64,000 nucleotides of DNA from Candidatus Micrarchaeota archaeon (GCA_964588555.1 CAZPPT010000006.1:12092-76091), one strand, 5' to 3'. Counted from the stretch's first letter, positions 18,064 to 28,614 are shown. Made by a program: numbers and translations. The notes: generated by a model not told the origin, from the letters alone.

Positions 18064-18583
18064 TAAACAGGGCATAACATTTAGCCAACTCCGTGAAGAG
18101 GGGTTTTCATCTCAAGAAATCAAAAACTTGAGTGCCTCTCTCAAGCTATTCCCCACGCCCTTTAAGGGCATTTATTATGTTCCCGGTCCAGAAGAGCGAA
18201 AAGCATGGTTTATCGATAAGCCGCTTCTGACGCTTAGAAAAATACTGCAGCTTTTTCTAGGCACCGAACGCTTCTATTTTAGCTGTAGGACTGCTGAAGA
18301 ATTTTGGGGCGTTAAATGGCAACCTCTTGGTGAGGTCCATGTAGTAAATGCAAAACGGAGCGGAAAAGTAGATCTACGTATCCGAGTTAAAAGAAATGAA
18401 AATAAAAGAACGTATCGCGCGAAAAAGATCGCCACTATTCTTTCGTTTTACGGTAACGTGATTATTTTCCACAAAGTCAAATCTATCGAAGGCGCAAAGC
18501 TCAAATACACGCCGTACGGTACGTTTGCAATGAAGGGACAGCTCAAAAAGGACAAGAAGCGGTTCCGGGAGAAATCGGATTAA
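18056..18583 (+). CDS. Possible AbiEi-like antitoxin/regulator (weak)
   Basis: N-terminal ITFSQLREEGFSSQEIKNL...FKGIYYVPGPEE resembles the AbiEi wHTH (G.L.rv.rGvY) pattern. Basic C-terminus. Confidence 0.3.
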   Translation: MFSKQGITFSQLREEGFSSQEIKNLSASLKLFPTPFKGIYYVPGPEERKAWFIDKPLLTLRKILQLFLGTERFYFSCRTAEEFWGVKWQPLGEVHVVNAKRSGKVDLRIRVKRNENKRTYRAKKIATILSFYGNVIIFHKVKSIEGAKLKYTPYGTFAMKGQLKKDKKRFREKSD

Positions 18584-18900
18584 AAAGCAAACCTATATAT
18601 AGTGGGAAATTCATAATAATTGTAGTTATGATTTGAATAGGTGTAAAAATATGGAACGGGGTTTACTTCATAGAGCAGGATTTACTTCATACGGCTTGAT
18701 TCAAAAGGCCGGCTAGTTCTACCACTTGCGATACGTGAGGCACTCGGCATCCCAACCAACGGGTCTGTTTTGATTAAGATAATTGCGAGCGATAGCTCGT
18801 CCGTTACGCTTTCTCTTTCAAAACCGACAGAGGGCGACAGTGCTAATTCTATTCCATTTTCAAAGAATGGGAAATACCTACGGGGGGATCGATATGATCG

Positions 18901-20208
18901 GTGAATTACTTCATCAATATGACGTATGGAAGATTACAAGATATTGACATTGCACGATTCAAGAATCGCGCGGCTATCTCAAATGAGGTAAAGGAGCGCG
19001 TGCGCCAAATTGTTGAAAACGTACGCACCCGCGGAATAGATGCGGTTTTGGAATATACAGAACAGTTCGACAGGATTCGGCTTGATTCAAAGACAATTCG
19101 GGTGACTCGAACGGAAATCGGTAGTGCGTACAAAAAAATAACAAACAACGAACTAGAAGTAATCAAAGAATCAATTAAACGAGTGCGCGCGTTTCACTTA
19201 GGACAGAAAAAAGCGATCCAAAACATAGATTTTGAGACTCAAGACGGGATAACCTCTCTTCGTTGGCTTCCGATTCCACGCATTGGGGTCTATGCGCCGG
19301 CTGGAAAAGCACCGCTTCCATCCTCAGTTATAATGGCAGCGATTCCCGCGCAAATTGCCGGAGTTAAGGAGATTATTCTGTGCTCCCCTCCACAAAAGAA
19401 CGGCGAGATCGACCCTTCAATTTTAGTAGCTGCAAACGAATGCGGGATTACTGAAATCTATAAAATGGGCGGAGCGCAGGCAATTGGAGCGCTTGCATAC
19501 GGATGCGGGCTATTTGACGGCGTTGATCTTATTGCCGGCCCAGGGAACGTATATACTGCTTACGCAAAGGATTTTGTGGCGAGTGAAGGGCTTGTAAAAA
19601 CTGATACGCGCGCAGGGCCAAGCGAAGTAGTGGTCATAGCAGATGAGACGGCAAATCCTTCGTTTGTTGCAACTGACATGCTCGCACAGGCTGAGCACGG
19701 TGCAAACTCTTCGGCGATTTGTATCGCTACCTCAAATCCTGTTGCGGAAATGGTACTTGCGGAGCTTAATGAGGGGATTTCACTCATGCCAAAAGCAGAC
19801 GGCATAATACAATCGCTTAAGCAATATGGGGCCATTCTTGTTGCACAAGATACTGAAGAAGCAATCTCATTTGTTAATTCATTTGCACCCGAGCACGTAG
19901 AGGTTTATACGAAGGACGCAGAAGAAATCGCGCCGCTCATAGCAAATGCAGGCGCAGTGTTCATCCAAACGAGCGAAGTATTCGGAGACTACGGCATGAC
20001 AGGAAGCAACCACATCCTGCCCACCGGCAGTGCCGCGCGTTTTAGCTCAGGCGTGAGCGTTTACACGTTCATGAAGTACCAGCTTGTAGAGAAAATGAGT
20101 CAAAGTGCACAGCAAGCGCTTGCTCCAAAGACCGCTCTTTTTGCGCGCCTCGAACAGCTTGAGGCACACGCAAACGCCGCAGAGATGCGAGGTAATCAAA
20201 ATGTTTGA
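18901..20208 (+). CDS. hisD: Histidinol dehydrogenase
   Basis: 435 aa with characteristic ...QAEHGANS... and C-terminal HisD motifs. First gene of the his operon. Confidence 0.9.
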   Translation: MNYFINMTYGRLQDIDIARFKNRAAISNEVKERVRQIVENVRTRGIDAVLEYTEQFDRIRLDSKTIRVTRTEIGSAYKKITNNELEVIKESIKRVRAFHLGQKKAIQNIDFETQDGITSLRWLPIPRIGVYAPAGKAPLPSSVIMAAIPAQIAGVKEIILCSPPQKNGEIDPSILVAANECGITEIYKMGGAQAIGALAYGCGLFDGVDLIAGPGNVYTAYAKDFVASEGLVKTDTRAGPSEVVVIADETANPSFVATDMLAQAEHGANSSAICIATSNPVAEMVLAELNEGISLMPKADGIIQSLKQYGAILVAQDTEEAISFVNSFAPEHVEVYTKDAEEIAPLIANAGAVFIQTSEVFGDYGMTGSNHILPTGSAARFSSGVSVYTFMKYQLVEKMSQSAQQALAPKTALFARLEQLEAHANAAEMRGNQNV

Positions 20209-21877
20209 TATTGAAACTATTGCAAAAAAATCAGTTCGATTGATGGCACCGTACGAGACGCCACCACTACGCGAGGCCGAAGCCAAACTGAATCAGAACG
20301 AGTCCCCACTTGACATTCCAGGGGAACTAAAAATAAAAATTGCAAAATCAATTCGCACCACCCCACTTAATCGCTATTTTGATGGGGGTTCGCTCCAGTT
20401 GTGCGAAGCGATTGCAAGGAAATACGGCGTTCGTGCAGAAAACGTTATTGTAGGCGCAGGAATCGACGAACTTCTTTATTATTTAGTGCTTGCCTTTGTC
20501 GAGCCTGGAGACCGCATCGTCCGTCCGGTACCAAGTTTTTCTATGTACGAGATTTGTGCAAGGGTCTCGAATGCAATCGACACGCCCATTATGCTTGATG
20601 AGTCGTTTGAACTTAATGGGGAATTTGTCGCTGCGGCAACGAATGCAAAAATCACGTTCATATGCACGCCGAATAATCCAACCGGTAATTCAATAGACAG
20701 AGCACGGATAAAAGAAATCCTCACCACCACGAGCGGCATTGTATGTATCGATGAAGCATATGCTGAATTTGCGAAGGAAAACTGCCTTGGTCTTCTTTCG
20801 TACCCAAACGTCATAATTATGCGCACCTTTTCAAAGCTCTATTCAGGCGCAGCACTTCGTCTTGGCTATGCGGTCGCAGATGCAAGAATTATCGAGTATA
20901 TGAACCGTGTGCGGCTTCCGTGGAACATAAGCGCCGTTTCGCAGGCCGCAGGCGAGATACTCATCCAAAACGATCGATTATTTGAACAACGGAAAAAAAG
21001 AATACTGAAAAACCGCGACCAGCTTCTAAAAGATCTTCAAAAAATTGTGTCCGTATATCCTACTGATTCGAACTTCATCCTCTTTAAGGTTGACAATTCA
21101 AAGAAGATTTTTGATACGCTGCTTGAGCGAGGCGTCCTTGTACGTGATGTAAGCAATGCGCCTGGCTTGAAGGGCTGCCTTCGGGTAACTGTTGGGACTG
21201 CAAATGAAAACAAGAAATTCATTTCCCTTTTGCGCGCCGTTCTTTCAAACCAAAAACCGGATGCACTCATTTTTGATATCGACGGCGTGCTTGTTGACGT
21301 TTCTCAATCGTATCGCGAGGCGATCAAGCGCACGGTTGAGAAAGAGACTGGCAGAATGCCGACTGACGGGGAAATCGAAGCGGTGAAGCAGAAGCCATTC
21401 TCTAATAACGATTGGGCCGTCACGTATGCACTTGCAACCGGATTCAAGGGCGACCTTTCTACGATTGACCGTACAAGCGCGTTATTCATCAAATTAAGAA
21501 ATAATTTTCAATCTGCGTATCGCCTGTTTCGGGATAAAGAACCGCTTCTTATAGAACGTGCGCTCATCTCTGAGTTTCAGAAACGAGCTATTAAAATTGG
21601 TTTTGTCACTTCCCGCCCCCGGACTGAGGCGTTGTATGCATTAGGGCGGATCGGCGGCGTTGACCCGGATTTCGTTGTTGCGCAGGAGGATTGCGATGAG
21701 GAAAAACCATCGCCAAAACCGATCCAGGCGCTCCTTCTGCGCATGCAGGCCAAGAATCCGTTGTATATCGGAGATACGATTAATGATAAACTCGCAGCAG
21801 AGCGTGCACGCATATCATACGAACCAGTCGATGCAACACAAAATGTAAACGATATTTTACGGAGGTTATTGAAATGA
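20201..21877 (+). CDS. hisC: Histidinol-phosphate aminotransferase fused to a C-terminal HAD-superfamily phosphatase domain (putative histidinol-phosphatase)
   Basis: Aminotransferase class I/II core (...TPNNPTGN..., SKLYSGAALRLGY). C-terminal HAD motif I IFDIDGVLVD and motif IV IGDTINDKLAA. The start is taken at MFDIET, overlapping the hisD stop. Confidence 0.85.
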   Translation: MFDIETIAKKSVRLMAPYETPPLREAEAKLNQNESPLDIPGELKIKIAKSIRTTPLNRYFDGGSLQLCEAIARKYGVRAENVIVGAGIDELLYYLVLAFVEPGDRIVRPVPSFSMYEICARVSNAIDTPIMLDESFELNGEFVAAATNAKITFICTPNNPTGNSIDRARIKEILTTTSGIVCIDEAYAEFAKENCLGLLSYPNVIIMRTFSKLYSGAALRLGYAVADARIIEYMNRVRLPWNISAVSQAAGEILIQNDRLFEQRKKRILKNRDQLLKDLQKIVSVYPTDSNFILFKVDNSKKIFDTLLERGVLVRDVSNAPGLKGCLRVTVGTANENKKFISLLRAVLSNQKPDALIFDIDGVLVDVSQSYREAIKRTVEKETGRMPTDGEIEAVKQKPFSNNDWAVTYALATGFKGDLSTIDRTSALFIKLRNNFQSAYRLFRDKEPLLIERALISEFQKRAIKIGFVTSRPRTEALYALGRIGGVDPDFVVAQEDCDEEKPSPKPIQALLLRMQAKNPLYIGDTINDKLAAERARISYEPVDATQNVNDILRRLLK

Positions 21878-22458
21878 GGGTTGGAGAGGTAAAACGAAAA
21901 ACAAACGAAACAGACGTCACTGTGCAAGTTGGTCTTGATGGCACCGGTAATTCCAAGATTGCAACTGGCATCGGATTTCTTGATCACATACTTACGCTTT
22001 TTTCAAGGCACAGCCTCATCGACCTCACCCTAACTGCAAGAGGGGATCTAGAAGTTGATGACCACCACACGGTAGAAGACATTGGTATTTGTATGGGTCA
22101 AGCACTAGCGCAAGCACTCGGTGAAAAGCGGGGAATAAGCCGTTACGGCTTTTTCATCCTCCCCATGGATGAGTCGCTTGCGCAGGCTGCAGTTGATTTT
22201 TCTGGAAGGCCATACCTTGTGTTTGATGCACGGTTCGATCGTGAGATGGTGGGTGATCTTTCCACAGAACTTGTACGCGAGTTCTTCTATGCAGTAAGTG
22301 TGAATGCAAAAATGAACATCAACATGCGCGTGACTGGCGAGAACACGCACCACAAAATCGAGGCGCTCTTCAAGGCGTTTGCACGTGCTGTGCGCACGGC
22401 CGTTGCAATTGACGGGCGGGCAAAAGATGAAATTCCAAGTACAAAAGGAGTGATTTAG
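21874..22458 (+). CDS. hisB: Imidazoleglycerol-phosphate dehydratase
   Basis: DHHTVEDIGI and HH...E metal-site motifs. Confidence 0.9.
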   Translation: MRVGEVKRKTNETDVTVQVGLDGTGNSKIATGIGFLDHILTLFSRHSLIDLTLTARGDLEVDDHHTVEDIGICMGQALAQALGEKRGISRYGFFILPMDESLAQAAVDFSGRPYLVFDARFDREMVGDLSTELVREFFYAVSVNAKMNINMRVTGENTHHKIEALFKAFARAVRTAVAIDGRAKDEIPSTKGVI

Positions 22459-23274
22459 ATGGACCAAATACGTTTGGCAATACCAAATAAAGGAAGATTA
22501 TACCAAAAGACGCTTGAACTGCTTGAACGGGCAGGTATACGGGTGCCTGAGAACGGCCGGAAGCTCTACGTGCGCACAAATATCGAAGATATTGTTGTCA
22601 TCTTTGCGCGTGCGCAGGATATTCCGTGGTATGTCGCGACAGGCGCAGCCGACATCGGCATCTCGGGAGAAGACATGATGAGGGAGAGTGGCGCGACCGT
22701 TGAGCGACTCCTTAAGCTTAACTTTGGAAGCTGCACTATTGCGCTTGCGAGTAAGGATGGGAAAAAAGCTCGTATTGCAACAAAGCTCCCGAATATCGCG
22801 CGTAGTGCGTTTCCGGACTCAGTTATTGTCCCCATGAGCGGTGCTTGTGAGCTTGCCCCGCAGCTTGGCATTGCTGATGCAATAGTTGACCAGGTAAGTA
22901 GCGGGGATACGCTTAAGGCAAATAATCTTAAAATCGACCAGGTGCTCTTTGAGTCAAACATATACCTTATTGGCAATGCGAGGAGTATGAAAGATAAGAG
23001 AGTTGAAGAACTCACGCTTGGTTTTGAGGGAGTGCTTACTGCAGAAGAGAAGCGCTATATTATGTTTAATGTAACGAGCAAGCGCGACCTTGCAGAGGCA
23101 GTTAAGGTGACCCCCGCAATGGAAAGCCCGACCGTACTTAAGCTTGCAAAGAAGGGCGCCTATTCGATACACTCAGTTATTGATGTAGCGGAGCTTATGC
23201 CTGCGCTTTTACGTATAAAGAAGGCTGGTGGGAAGGATATTTTAGTACTGGATATGTCGAGGGTGGTTGATTAG
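22459..23274 (+). CDS. hisG: ATP phosphoribosyltransferase (long form)
   Basis: MDQIRLAIPNKGRL N-terminus. Contains a C-terminal regulatory domain. Confidence 0.9.
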   Translation: MDQIRLAIPNKGRLYQKTLELLERAGIRVPENGRKLYVRTNIEDIVVIFARAQDIPWYVATGAADIGISGEDMMRESGATVERLLKLNFGSCTIALASKDGKKARIATKLPNIARSAFPDSVIVPMSGACELAPQLGIADAIVDQVSSGDTLKANNLKIDQVLFESNIYLIGNARSMKDKRVEELTLGFEGVLTAEEKRYIMFNVTSKRDLAEAVKVTPAMESPTVLKLAKKGAYSIHSVIDVAELMPALLRIKKAGGKDILVLDMSRVVD

Positions 23275-23872
23275 CATGATTGCAATTGTTGATATGGGAA
23301 ACCGCGTAAATGTAAAAAATGCGTTTGCAAGAATTGGTGCTCAGGTAGCCGTTACCCGCAAGAAGAGCGTACTAAAAACTGCTGACGCAATCGTACTTCC
23401 GGGCGTTGGGGCATTTGGTGCTGGCATGAAACGGTTGGAACGAAAGCGAACCATTCTTGCTGATCTTGTTGACGGAGGTACCCCTTTTCTTGGCATTTGT
23501 TTAGGCATGCAGCTTCTTTTCGAGACGAGCGAAGAAAGTAGTGGCGTGCGCGGTCTAGGGATTCTAAAAGGAAGTGTACGACGATTGAGCGCTTCAGCCA
23601 ATTTGATTGTTCCGCACATGGGCTGGAATAAGGTGGAAAATACACGAGGCCCGCTTTTCGATGGTATGGATAATTTTTACGCATATTTTGTGCACTCGTA
23701 TTACGGTGTACCAAAAGACAGCTCAGTAGTTGCGGGGACTACGCGCTATGGTACTCTTTTTCCATCAGCCCTTGCCGGAAAAAACCTCTTTGCAACCCAA
23801 TTTCACCCTGAAAAAAGCGGTAAAACCGGCATTGTAATTCTTAGAAATTTTATTCAAGAGGTGAAACGATGA
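23267..23872 (+). CDS. hisH: Imidazole glycerol phosphate synthase, glutaminase subunit
   Basis: Class I GATase: GVGAFG, catalytic Cys in GICLGMQ, and HPEKS. Confidence 0.9.
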   Translation: MISMIAIVDMGNRVNVKNAFARIGAQVAVTRKKSVLKTADAIVLPGVGAFGAGMKRLERKRTILADLVDGGTPFLGICLGMQLLFETSEESSGVRGLGILKGSVRRLSASANLIVPHMGWNKVENTRGPLFDGMDNFYAYFVHSYYGVPKDSSVVAGTTRYGTLFPSALAGKNLFATQFHPEKSGKTGIVILRNFIQEVKR

Positions 23873-24573
23873 AAATCATCCCTGCAATTGACCTACTCAA
23901 TGGAAAATGTGTACGTCTTGTTCGTGGAGAAGAGCGAAGCGCAGTTGTGTATGATAAAGACCCGCTTGTACTTGCGAATGAATATATGGAGAGAGGCGCG
24001 CGCCGTATACACGTCATAGATCTTGACGGCGCCTTTACCGGCACTATGAAAAATATGGAAATAATCCGTGAACTCGCAGCGCGTTTTCCTTTACAGGTAG
24101 GGGGAGGAATACGTACAGAAAAGACGCTCGGTGAGCTTCTTGAAGCAGGTGTACAAAAAGTAATCCTTAGCACACTTCTCCTTAGAGATAAGGATGCTGC
24201 TACTGATATAAAGAGGCGCTATGATGACCGAATTATCGGATCATTTGATTTTAGCAATGGTGCACTAAAATACGCAGGATGGACAAAAGAGTCCGCCTCT
24301 CAACTTGCGGATGTTGTGCGCGGGCTAAGCGAGATTATTGTAACTGATATCGAACGAGACGGTACACTTACCGGGCCGAATATCAGGCTCTTGGAATCAA
24401 TAAAGCGGCGCACTGATGCAGTGATTATTGCAGCAGGAGGCATCCGGGACGTCTGGGACCTCTATGACCTAAAGCGCATCGGCATGGGCGGTGCAATTAT
24501 TGGCAAGGCTTTTCTGGAAAATCGGCTTGCGCCCGATGAATCATTTAGGTTTGAGCAATTTGGGGGTGAGTAA
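23869..24573 (+). CDS. hisA: ProFAR isomerase
   Basis: KIIPAIDLLNGKCVRLVRG and GGGIR motifs. Confidence 0.9.
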   Translation: MKIIPAIDLLNGKCVRLVRGEERSAVVYDKDPLVLANEYMERGARRIHVIDLDGAFTGTMKNMEIIRELAARFPLQVGGGIRTEKTLGELLEAGVQKVILSTLLLRDKDAATDIKRRYDDRIIGSFDFSNGALKYAGWTKESASQLADVVRGLSEIIVTDIERDGTLTGPNIRLLESIKRRTDAVIIAAGGIRDVWDLYDLKRIGMGGAIIGKAFLENRLAPDESFRFEQFGGE

Positions 24574-24574
24574 T

Positions 24575-25333
24575 ATGCTATGTAGGAGAATCATTCCATG
24601 TCTGGATGTAAAAAACGGGCGTGTCGTAAAGGGTACGAACTTTATGAATCTACAAGATGCCGGCGACCCGGTAGCGCTTGCTCGTTACTACTACGGGAAA
24701 GGAGCTGACGAGCTTATATTTCTTGACATTAGTGCAAGTATTGAGAAGAGGGCCACAATTGTCGAGCTTGCACAGCGCGTTTCAGAAGAAGTTTTCATCC
24801 CATTTACGATTGGGGGCGGAATCAGCTCAATAAATGACATGGAAAAGGCGCTCAAAGCAGGTGCTGACAAGGTTGCACTTAATACTGCCGCACTTAGGAA
24901 TCCGCGGCTTATCCGCGATGCCGCCTGGGAATTTGGCACACAAGCAATTGTCGTTGCAATCGATGCAAAAAAAGAAAATGGGGCGTGGCACGTATACTCT
25001 TATGGCGGGAAGGAAAAAACAAATCTTGATGCTATTGGATGGGCGAAAGAGGTAGCTGAGCTTGGCGCAGGTGAATTATTAATAACGAGCATTGACCGCG
25101 ACGGCACGAAAAAAGGCTTTGATATTGTTCTTCTTGCACAAATGGCAAAAGAAGTATCTATCCCCGTAATTGCTTCAGGCGGTGCAGGCGAAAAAGGCGA
25201 TTTTCTTGACGTCTTTACCAAAACGCGTGTAACGGGAGCGCTTGCCGCAAGCGCCTTCCACTACAAAAAATTATCAATTACAAAACTAAAGCGCTACCTG
25301 GCGCAAAAGGGAGTGTTAGTCCGTGAAAATTAA
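24575..25333 (+). CDS. hisF: Imidazole glycerol phosphate synthase, cyclase subunit
   Basis: LCRRIIPCLDVKNGRVVKG...GADKVALNTAA...IASGGAG. The start is taken at the internal ATG at 24575. Confidence 0.9.
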   Translation: MLCRRIIPCLDVKNGRVVKGTNFMNLQDAGDPVALARYYYGKGADELIFLDISASIEKRATIVELAQRVSEEVFIPFTIGGGISSINDMEKALKAGADKVALNTAALRNPRLIRDAAWEFGTQAIVVAIDAKKENGAWHVYSYGGKEKTNLDAIGWAKEVAELGAGELLITSIDRDGTKKGFDIVLLAQMAKEVSIPVIASGGAGEKGDFLDVFTKTRVTGALAASAFHYKKLSITKLKRYLAQKGVLVREN

Positions 25334-25892
25334 GTATGGTTCCGATGGCTTGATTCCATTCATTGCCCAGGATGCACTTACAGGCGCAGTCCTATCGCTC
25401 TTCTACGCAAATGAAGAGGCAATAACGAGGATGAACGAAACTGGATTCGTATGGCGCTATTCAAGAAGTAAGAAGCGCCTTATGCAAAAGGGGGAAGAAA
25501 GCGGCAACACGATGAAGGTCGTTTCAATGGCGTATGATTGCGATTCTGATGCGTTACTTGTACAGGTTGAAGTAAAGGGGCCTGCCTGCCACACCGGAAC
25601 GAAGTCCTGCTTTGGCGACATTTCTGCAAACATGCTTGAAAAACTTGCAATTGTTATCCGTGACAGGAAACTAAATCCAAAAAAAGATTCGTATACATCG
25701 AGTATTGTAAATGACCGAGATAAAATTGTAGAAAAGCTTCGTGAGGAGTGCGAAGAACTCATTGATGCAAAGGAAAAGGACGCAATCAGGTGGGAGGCCG
25801 CTGACCTTCTTTACTTTATGCTCCTGTACCTTGAGAATTGCGAGGTGTCATTTGAAGCGGCGCTCACTGAGCTTAAGAGAAGAAGAAAATGA
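25323..25892 (+). CDS. hisIE: Bifunctional phosphoribosyl-AMP cyclohydrolase / phosphoribosyl-ATP pyrophosphatase
   Basis: HisI core (GLIPFIAQD...CHTG) followed by a HisE helical domain (EELIDAKEKDAIRWEAADLLYFM). Confidence 0.85.
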   Translation: MKIKYGSDGLIPFIAQDALTGAVLSLFYANEEAITRMNETGFVWRYSRSKKRLMQKGEESGNTMKVVSMAYDCDSDALLVQVEVKGPACHTGTKSCFGDISANMLEKLAIVIRDRKLNPKKDSYTSSIVNDRDKIVEKLREECEELIDAKEKDAIRWEAADLLYFMLLYLENCEVSFEAALTELKRRRK

Positions 25893-26067
25893 TACCTTGT
25901 TAAAGGTTTGATGAAAATGATATTGTAAATTTCGATAAAAAAGGCGGCAAAAATGCTTGGAATGCTCTATAAATTTATCGAATTACTAAATGATAGGAAG
26001 ACCAACTATATCTATATGGCTGAAGAAAAAATTGAAGCAGAAGCAAAAGCTGCAAAAGAGGTATGAT

Positions 26068-27297
26068 ATGAAACTCGCCCCAAAAGGAATGAGGGATATC
26101 CTTCCGGAAGACGCACTTCTTCGTGAAGACGTCATTGCCACGTTCAAAAGCGTATTCAGGCTCTACGGCTTTGTGCCGCTCGAAACGCCTGCACTTGAAT
26201 ACCTCGCAACGCTTCGTGCAAAGGGAGGGGAGGAAATCGACAAGCAGATATTTGTGCTTGATGACAAGGAACTTGGATTACGGTTCGATCATACCGTGCC
26301 ATTGTCACGGGTTGCGGCAAACAATGCATTCACCAAGCCGTTCAAGCGCTATGTCATTGGCCCGGTGTGGCGAAAGGAAGAACCGCAAAAAGGGCGCTTT
26401 CGGGAATTTTATCAGGCAGATGTCGACACGGTCGGTACTAAAAATATGCGCGCCGAGGCAGAGGTACTTGCCGTTGCGCGCACCGTTGCAGTGAAGCTTG
26501 GGTTTGACTCGCCGCGCATTCTTATCAACAATAGGAAAATCCTCGATGCACTTGCACTGGAGCTCGATGTCCAAAGTAAAAAAGAGGCGATTTTTCGATT
26601 ACTTGACAAGATCGACAAGGTCGGAGAAGACAAAGTAAGGCAGGAAATGAGCGCAGTCATCGGAGAGGAAAAAACAAAGCGCTTATTTGAGATCTTTGAT
26701 ACGCGGGGCGATAATAAAAAGAAGCTCGCAGTTGCAAGAAAAATAAGCGAGGAAGGGGCACGAGAACTTGAGGAAATAATCTCATTATCCGAGTTTCCCA
26801 TCGAGGTTGATTTAGCGCTTGTTCGCGGATTAGGCTATTATACCGGCCCGGTATTTGAGATAAAGGCAAGTGATACCATTGGAAGCATTGCCGGCGGTGG
26901 GAGATATGACAATTTACTTTCTGTTTATGGCCAGGCAGATTATGCGGTTGGGATCAGTTTTGGCATTGAGCGCATCATCACACTTTTAAAAGATCGTGAG
27001 GCGTCAGCTAGAAAAACAATCACGCGCGTATTTGTTGCGTGTGTAAAACCAGAATTCTACCAGGAAGCAGTCAAAATCGCAGACGAATTTCGCAGAAACG
27101 GGATTCCGGCAGAAGCCGACCTAAATGAGCGCAACCTGCGAAAGCAATTGGAATATGTCAATTCGCTTGGGATTCCGTACCTGGTCGTGGTAGGGGGGCG
27201 GGAGGTTAAGGAGAATACATTTGTGCTTCGAGACATGCTTACGGGAAAAGAGGAGAAGCTCGCGCGTGCAGGGCTTATAAACCGCTTACGCGATTAG
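26068..27297 (+). CDS. hisS: Histidyl-tRNA synthetase
   Basis: MKLAPKGMRDILPED N-terminus. Class II motifs and a C-terminal anticodon-binding domain. The ORF extends upstream to 25990 but is Lys-rich junk there. Confidence 0.9.
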   Translation: MKLAPKGMRDILPEDALLREDVIATFKSVFRLYGFVPLETPALEYLATLRAKGGEEIDKQIFVLDDKELGLRFDHTVPLSRVAANNAFTKPFKRYVIGPVWRKEEPQKGRFREFYQADVDTVGTKNMRAEAEVLAVARTVAVKLGFDSPRILINNRKILDALALELDVQSKKEAIFRLLDKIDKVGEDKVRQEMSAVIGEEKTKRLFEIFDTRGDNKKKLAVARKISEEGARELEEIISLSEFPIEVDLALVRGLGYYTGPVFEIKASDTIGSIAGGGRYDNLLSVYGQADYAVGISFGIERIITLLKDREASARKTITRVFVACVKPEFYQEAVKIADEFRRNGIPAEADLNERNLRKQLEYVNSLGIPYLVVVGGREVKENTFVLRDMLTGKEEKLARAGLINRLRD

Positions 27298-27352
27298 TCT
27301 ATCCTACAACGATCCTGGACGGGCTCATTTTTGCCGAGGCGGTCGATCCTCA

Positions 27353-27691
27353 CTAGTAATTTCCCTGTTTTTGTCTTTTGGTTATTTGCACGTTTCCGTC
27401 ACAAAATAGTACGGCAGTTCCGTCGAACGGGACCGTGCGCTCAGTTCCACCACGTATGCCATCCACGTATTCTGCAATGATTGCATATCCCATGTTGTAT
27501 CGGTTTCTGGGATAGGCCCTTAGTACTTCATAACGTGCGCCAGCAGTCCTAATGACCTTGTTTTCTTCAAGCACGGATACGGTCGGCCCTGCCGGATCAA
27601 TACGTGGCGTACACGCGCTTAGGGCGGTTGCAAGCGCGGCTATCCTGGTGAAATTTCGTACTGCGCCGTATCCCGGTTTTAATTTTTGCAT
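27353..27691 (-). CDS. Hypothetical lipoprotein
   Basis: N-terminal ALATALSAC lipobox-like segment. Confidence 0.4.
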   Translation of the reverse strand: MQKLKPGYGAVRNFTRIAALATALSACTPRIDPAGPTVSVLEENKVIRTAGARYEVLRAYPRNRYNMGYAIIAEYVDGIRGGTERTVPFDGTAVLFCDGNVQITKRQKQGNY

Positions 27692-27753
27692 ATGTTGTTG
27701 ATATGTACATGGATTTATAAATTAATTGGTAAATAATTGTATTTGGTGATATA

Positions 27754-28614
27754 ATGAAGGTCATGCAATTAGGGGTATTTTTATTGCTCTTAACAAGCGC
27801 TCTTTTGGCAGCAACTGGTTTTCAATCGGTTTCCGTTAATCCAGCTTTTCCTGTTAATGAGATCAGCAAGGCATGCCAGGATGAACCCGCAGGCTTTAAC
27901 ACGCTCTCAGTCGGCCAGAAATTGTACGTACATAACGGGGTGCAACTAGGGCTTACTTCAATTAAGCCAATGACATCATCTTCGGGTCAGCAGTATTTTG
28001 ACGCAGAGGTTGATTTATATTATAACGGTGTTCTTCAGCCAAGGGCGGCGCAAACAGCTGGCAACCCAAATCCGCACTTTGTTGGCACTGCAAAAGAATC
28101 TCACTATCAACTCGAGTATTACTTTCGGTCTACGCCACGCTTTGTCTATTTGATCTTACCTACAAGCGTGACTTCCACAAAAGCTACGTTTGAGTTTTTC
28201 TACAACTCCCAGTCGACATTTTTCGGAACCACATTCAGGCCAAGCCAGCCATATTCGATAAGCAACGGCTATTCATTGCGGCTTGACAGGATCACGCCTG
28301 ATTTCTATACGCCGTTTCCGAATGCACCACACTGGAAGCTTGATAAGCTTGATTTTAGTGTTATTAACGGTGCAGGTACGGCAGTACGGCAGGTTGCGAT
28401 GATGGAAAACGCTTCGACATCATTTGAGGTTCCAGGATATAAGTACCACGTAGTCCTTAACCGTACGCAGACTGACCTACGGGGTCAATTTATTGATGGC
28501 AAATACTTCTATCGCAGATATAACCCATGCCCCCCCAAGGACGATTATGTCATAACCATCAAGGATGCACCAGTTGAACCTAAAAAACCTGAAGAACCGC
28601 CACAGGCCGGCTAA
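27754..28614 (+). CDS. Secreted hypothetical protein
   Basis: Signal peptide MKVMQLGVFLLLLTSALLAA. Pro/Glu/Lys-rich C-terminus. Confidence 0.45.
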   Translation: MKVMQLGVFLLLLTSALLAATGFQSVSVNPAFPVNEISKACQDEPAGFNTLSVGQKLYVHNGVQLGLTSIKPMTSSSGQQYFDAEVDLYYNGVLQPRAAQTAGNPNPHFVGTAKESHYQLEYYFRSTPRFVYLILPTSVTSTKATFEFFYNSQSTFFGTTFRPSQPYSISNGYSLRLDRITPDFYTPFPNAPHWKLDKLDFSVINGAGTAVRQVAMMENASTSFEVPGYKYHVVLNRTQTDLRGQFIDGKYFYRRYNPCPPKDDYVITIKDAPVEPKKPEEPPQAG

